Position numbers and translations under genes: made by a program. Below, one piece after another: positions 62,896-64,000 of a stretch of DNA of 64,000 nt (its first letter is position 1; every line of letters starts with the position of its first letter). The DNA is from Felis catus (Eukaryota): contig NC_058368.1 in assembly GCF_018350175.1 (NCBI RefSeq), positions 233,246,001-233,310,000 of the forward strand, given 5' to 3'. The notes below the pieces were generated by a model. The model was not told the DNA's origin. It saw nothing but the letters and a program-made list of their open reading frames with translations, and ran no database searches.

Positions 62896-64000
62896 CTCGA
62901 GAGACAAATGTGATAAAATATCACTAAATGCGATTTCCAATTTTACTCACCATTGCTTCACTTAGTGACTAGGTAAGATCTAAAGGGTCTTAGAAAACAT
63001 CCTAGCTATTGAAGAATTTGTTTCTAAGGCAAATGGCTACAGACACACGCCTCTCAATCTTTCAGAAGAGATAGCTCATGCAGATCTTAAATGCCTTGGT
63101 TATTAGGCACATTTCTGGGATATATATTGAAAACATCAGGCACCAGCATTTTCGTGTAAAGGTCTAACAGTATTCCAAGTAAACTGTGCAAAAGGAGGCA
63201 GCGTGCATGCATTATTTCAGGAAGGAGACTGTAAAGGAAAGGACAGAGGTTTAAGGCTGGAAGACGCTTGCAGAGATGTTCCTGAGAACCTTCAGCCTGC
63301 TGGGCACTGACGACGGGAATGTTCCGCACCCACCCTGGTCAGCACAGGAGCCACAGACGCATGTGCCTAACAAACAACTCTTATTTTCATTTATTTAACT
63401 TTAAGTGGCCACCCATGGCCAGTGGCTCCGGTATTAGCGAGCCCAGGTCTTGGGAAACCACAAAGAAATCCAATTGGTTGCACTATTTCCACCCCTTTCC
63501 TACCTTGATGCTCCTCAGCTCTTTTGAAGACAGAAACTTACAAAACGCTAGTCAGTTAACACTGGATACATGGCTAGATGGGAAAACTGGGACAAGCATC
63601 AGAGCTCAGAGCCTGACAGTCATGACATAGGGCTACCGGGAGAAGCCCCCTGCCAGAGATAGCCTTCAGCAGGGCTGCTGGGAGCACTGTCAGCAGACGG
63701 CCCTCAGCTGGCTTGTGGTCATCTGGGACCCCGGTCATGCCTCCTTTCAGAGGCAGCCCATACACAATGACTAGCTGATGACCATAAAGGCCCAGTCCCT
63801 TTGCCCCAACTCTGGCCAACTCTGAAGGGCCATCCCAGCTCCGGAGAACCCCGTGAGATCGGCTGGGGCCTTTGCTGGAACGCCTCGCAGCCCACTTCTC
63901 ACTGTGCCCACTCCTGCTTCTGCCCCCCCTTTCCCCAAGGTGAGGATCTCAAGGGGATACCCTAAAAATAATCACGTAGTTCGATTTACAGGAACCGAGT

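Overview
Mammalian (felid, most likely genus Felis) genomic DNA. The taxon is inferred from abundant SINEC_Fc-type SINEs, L1_Fc 3' ends and an RD-114/ERV-DC-like LTR. The right third holds the 3' part of methionine synthase reductase (MTRR) on the minus strand: ten coding exons (6-15 by human numbering, recalled from memory), all with GT-AG boundaries and compatible phases, ending in ...LQDIWS* at 43813, plus a probable ~1.8 kb 3'UTR. Exons 1-5 would lie beyond the right edge. The left two thirds are intergenic: the 3' part of a young gammaretroviral LTR (1-464), GC/CpG-rich patches, a minisatellite, many SINEs, L1/L2/MIR fragments, older LTRs and microsatellites. Almost all ORFs in the supplied track are artefacts of repeats or high GC. 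I see no new multi-gene system. The most unusual observations are: (i) a ~34-copy minisatellite built from the exon 9 splice donor itself; (ii) patchy AT-to-GC drift affecting exon 9 and several old repeats; (iii) the young LTR pointing into a CpG-rich minisatellite; (iv) two transposons embedded in the MTRR 3'UTR; (v) a rare GAG/GAG acceptor at exon 6. Repeat boundaries are approximate and family names come from recalled consensus sequences, not from a search.
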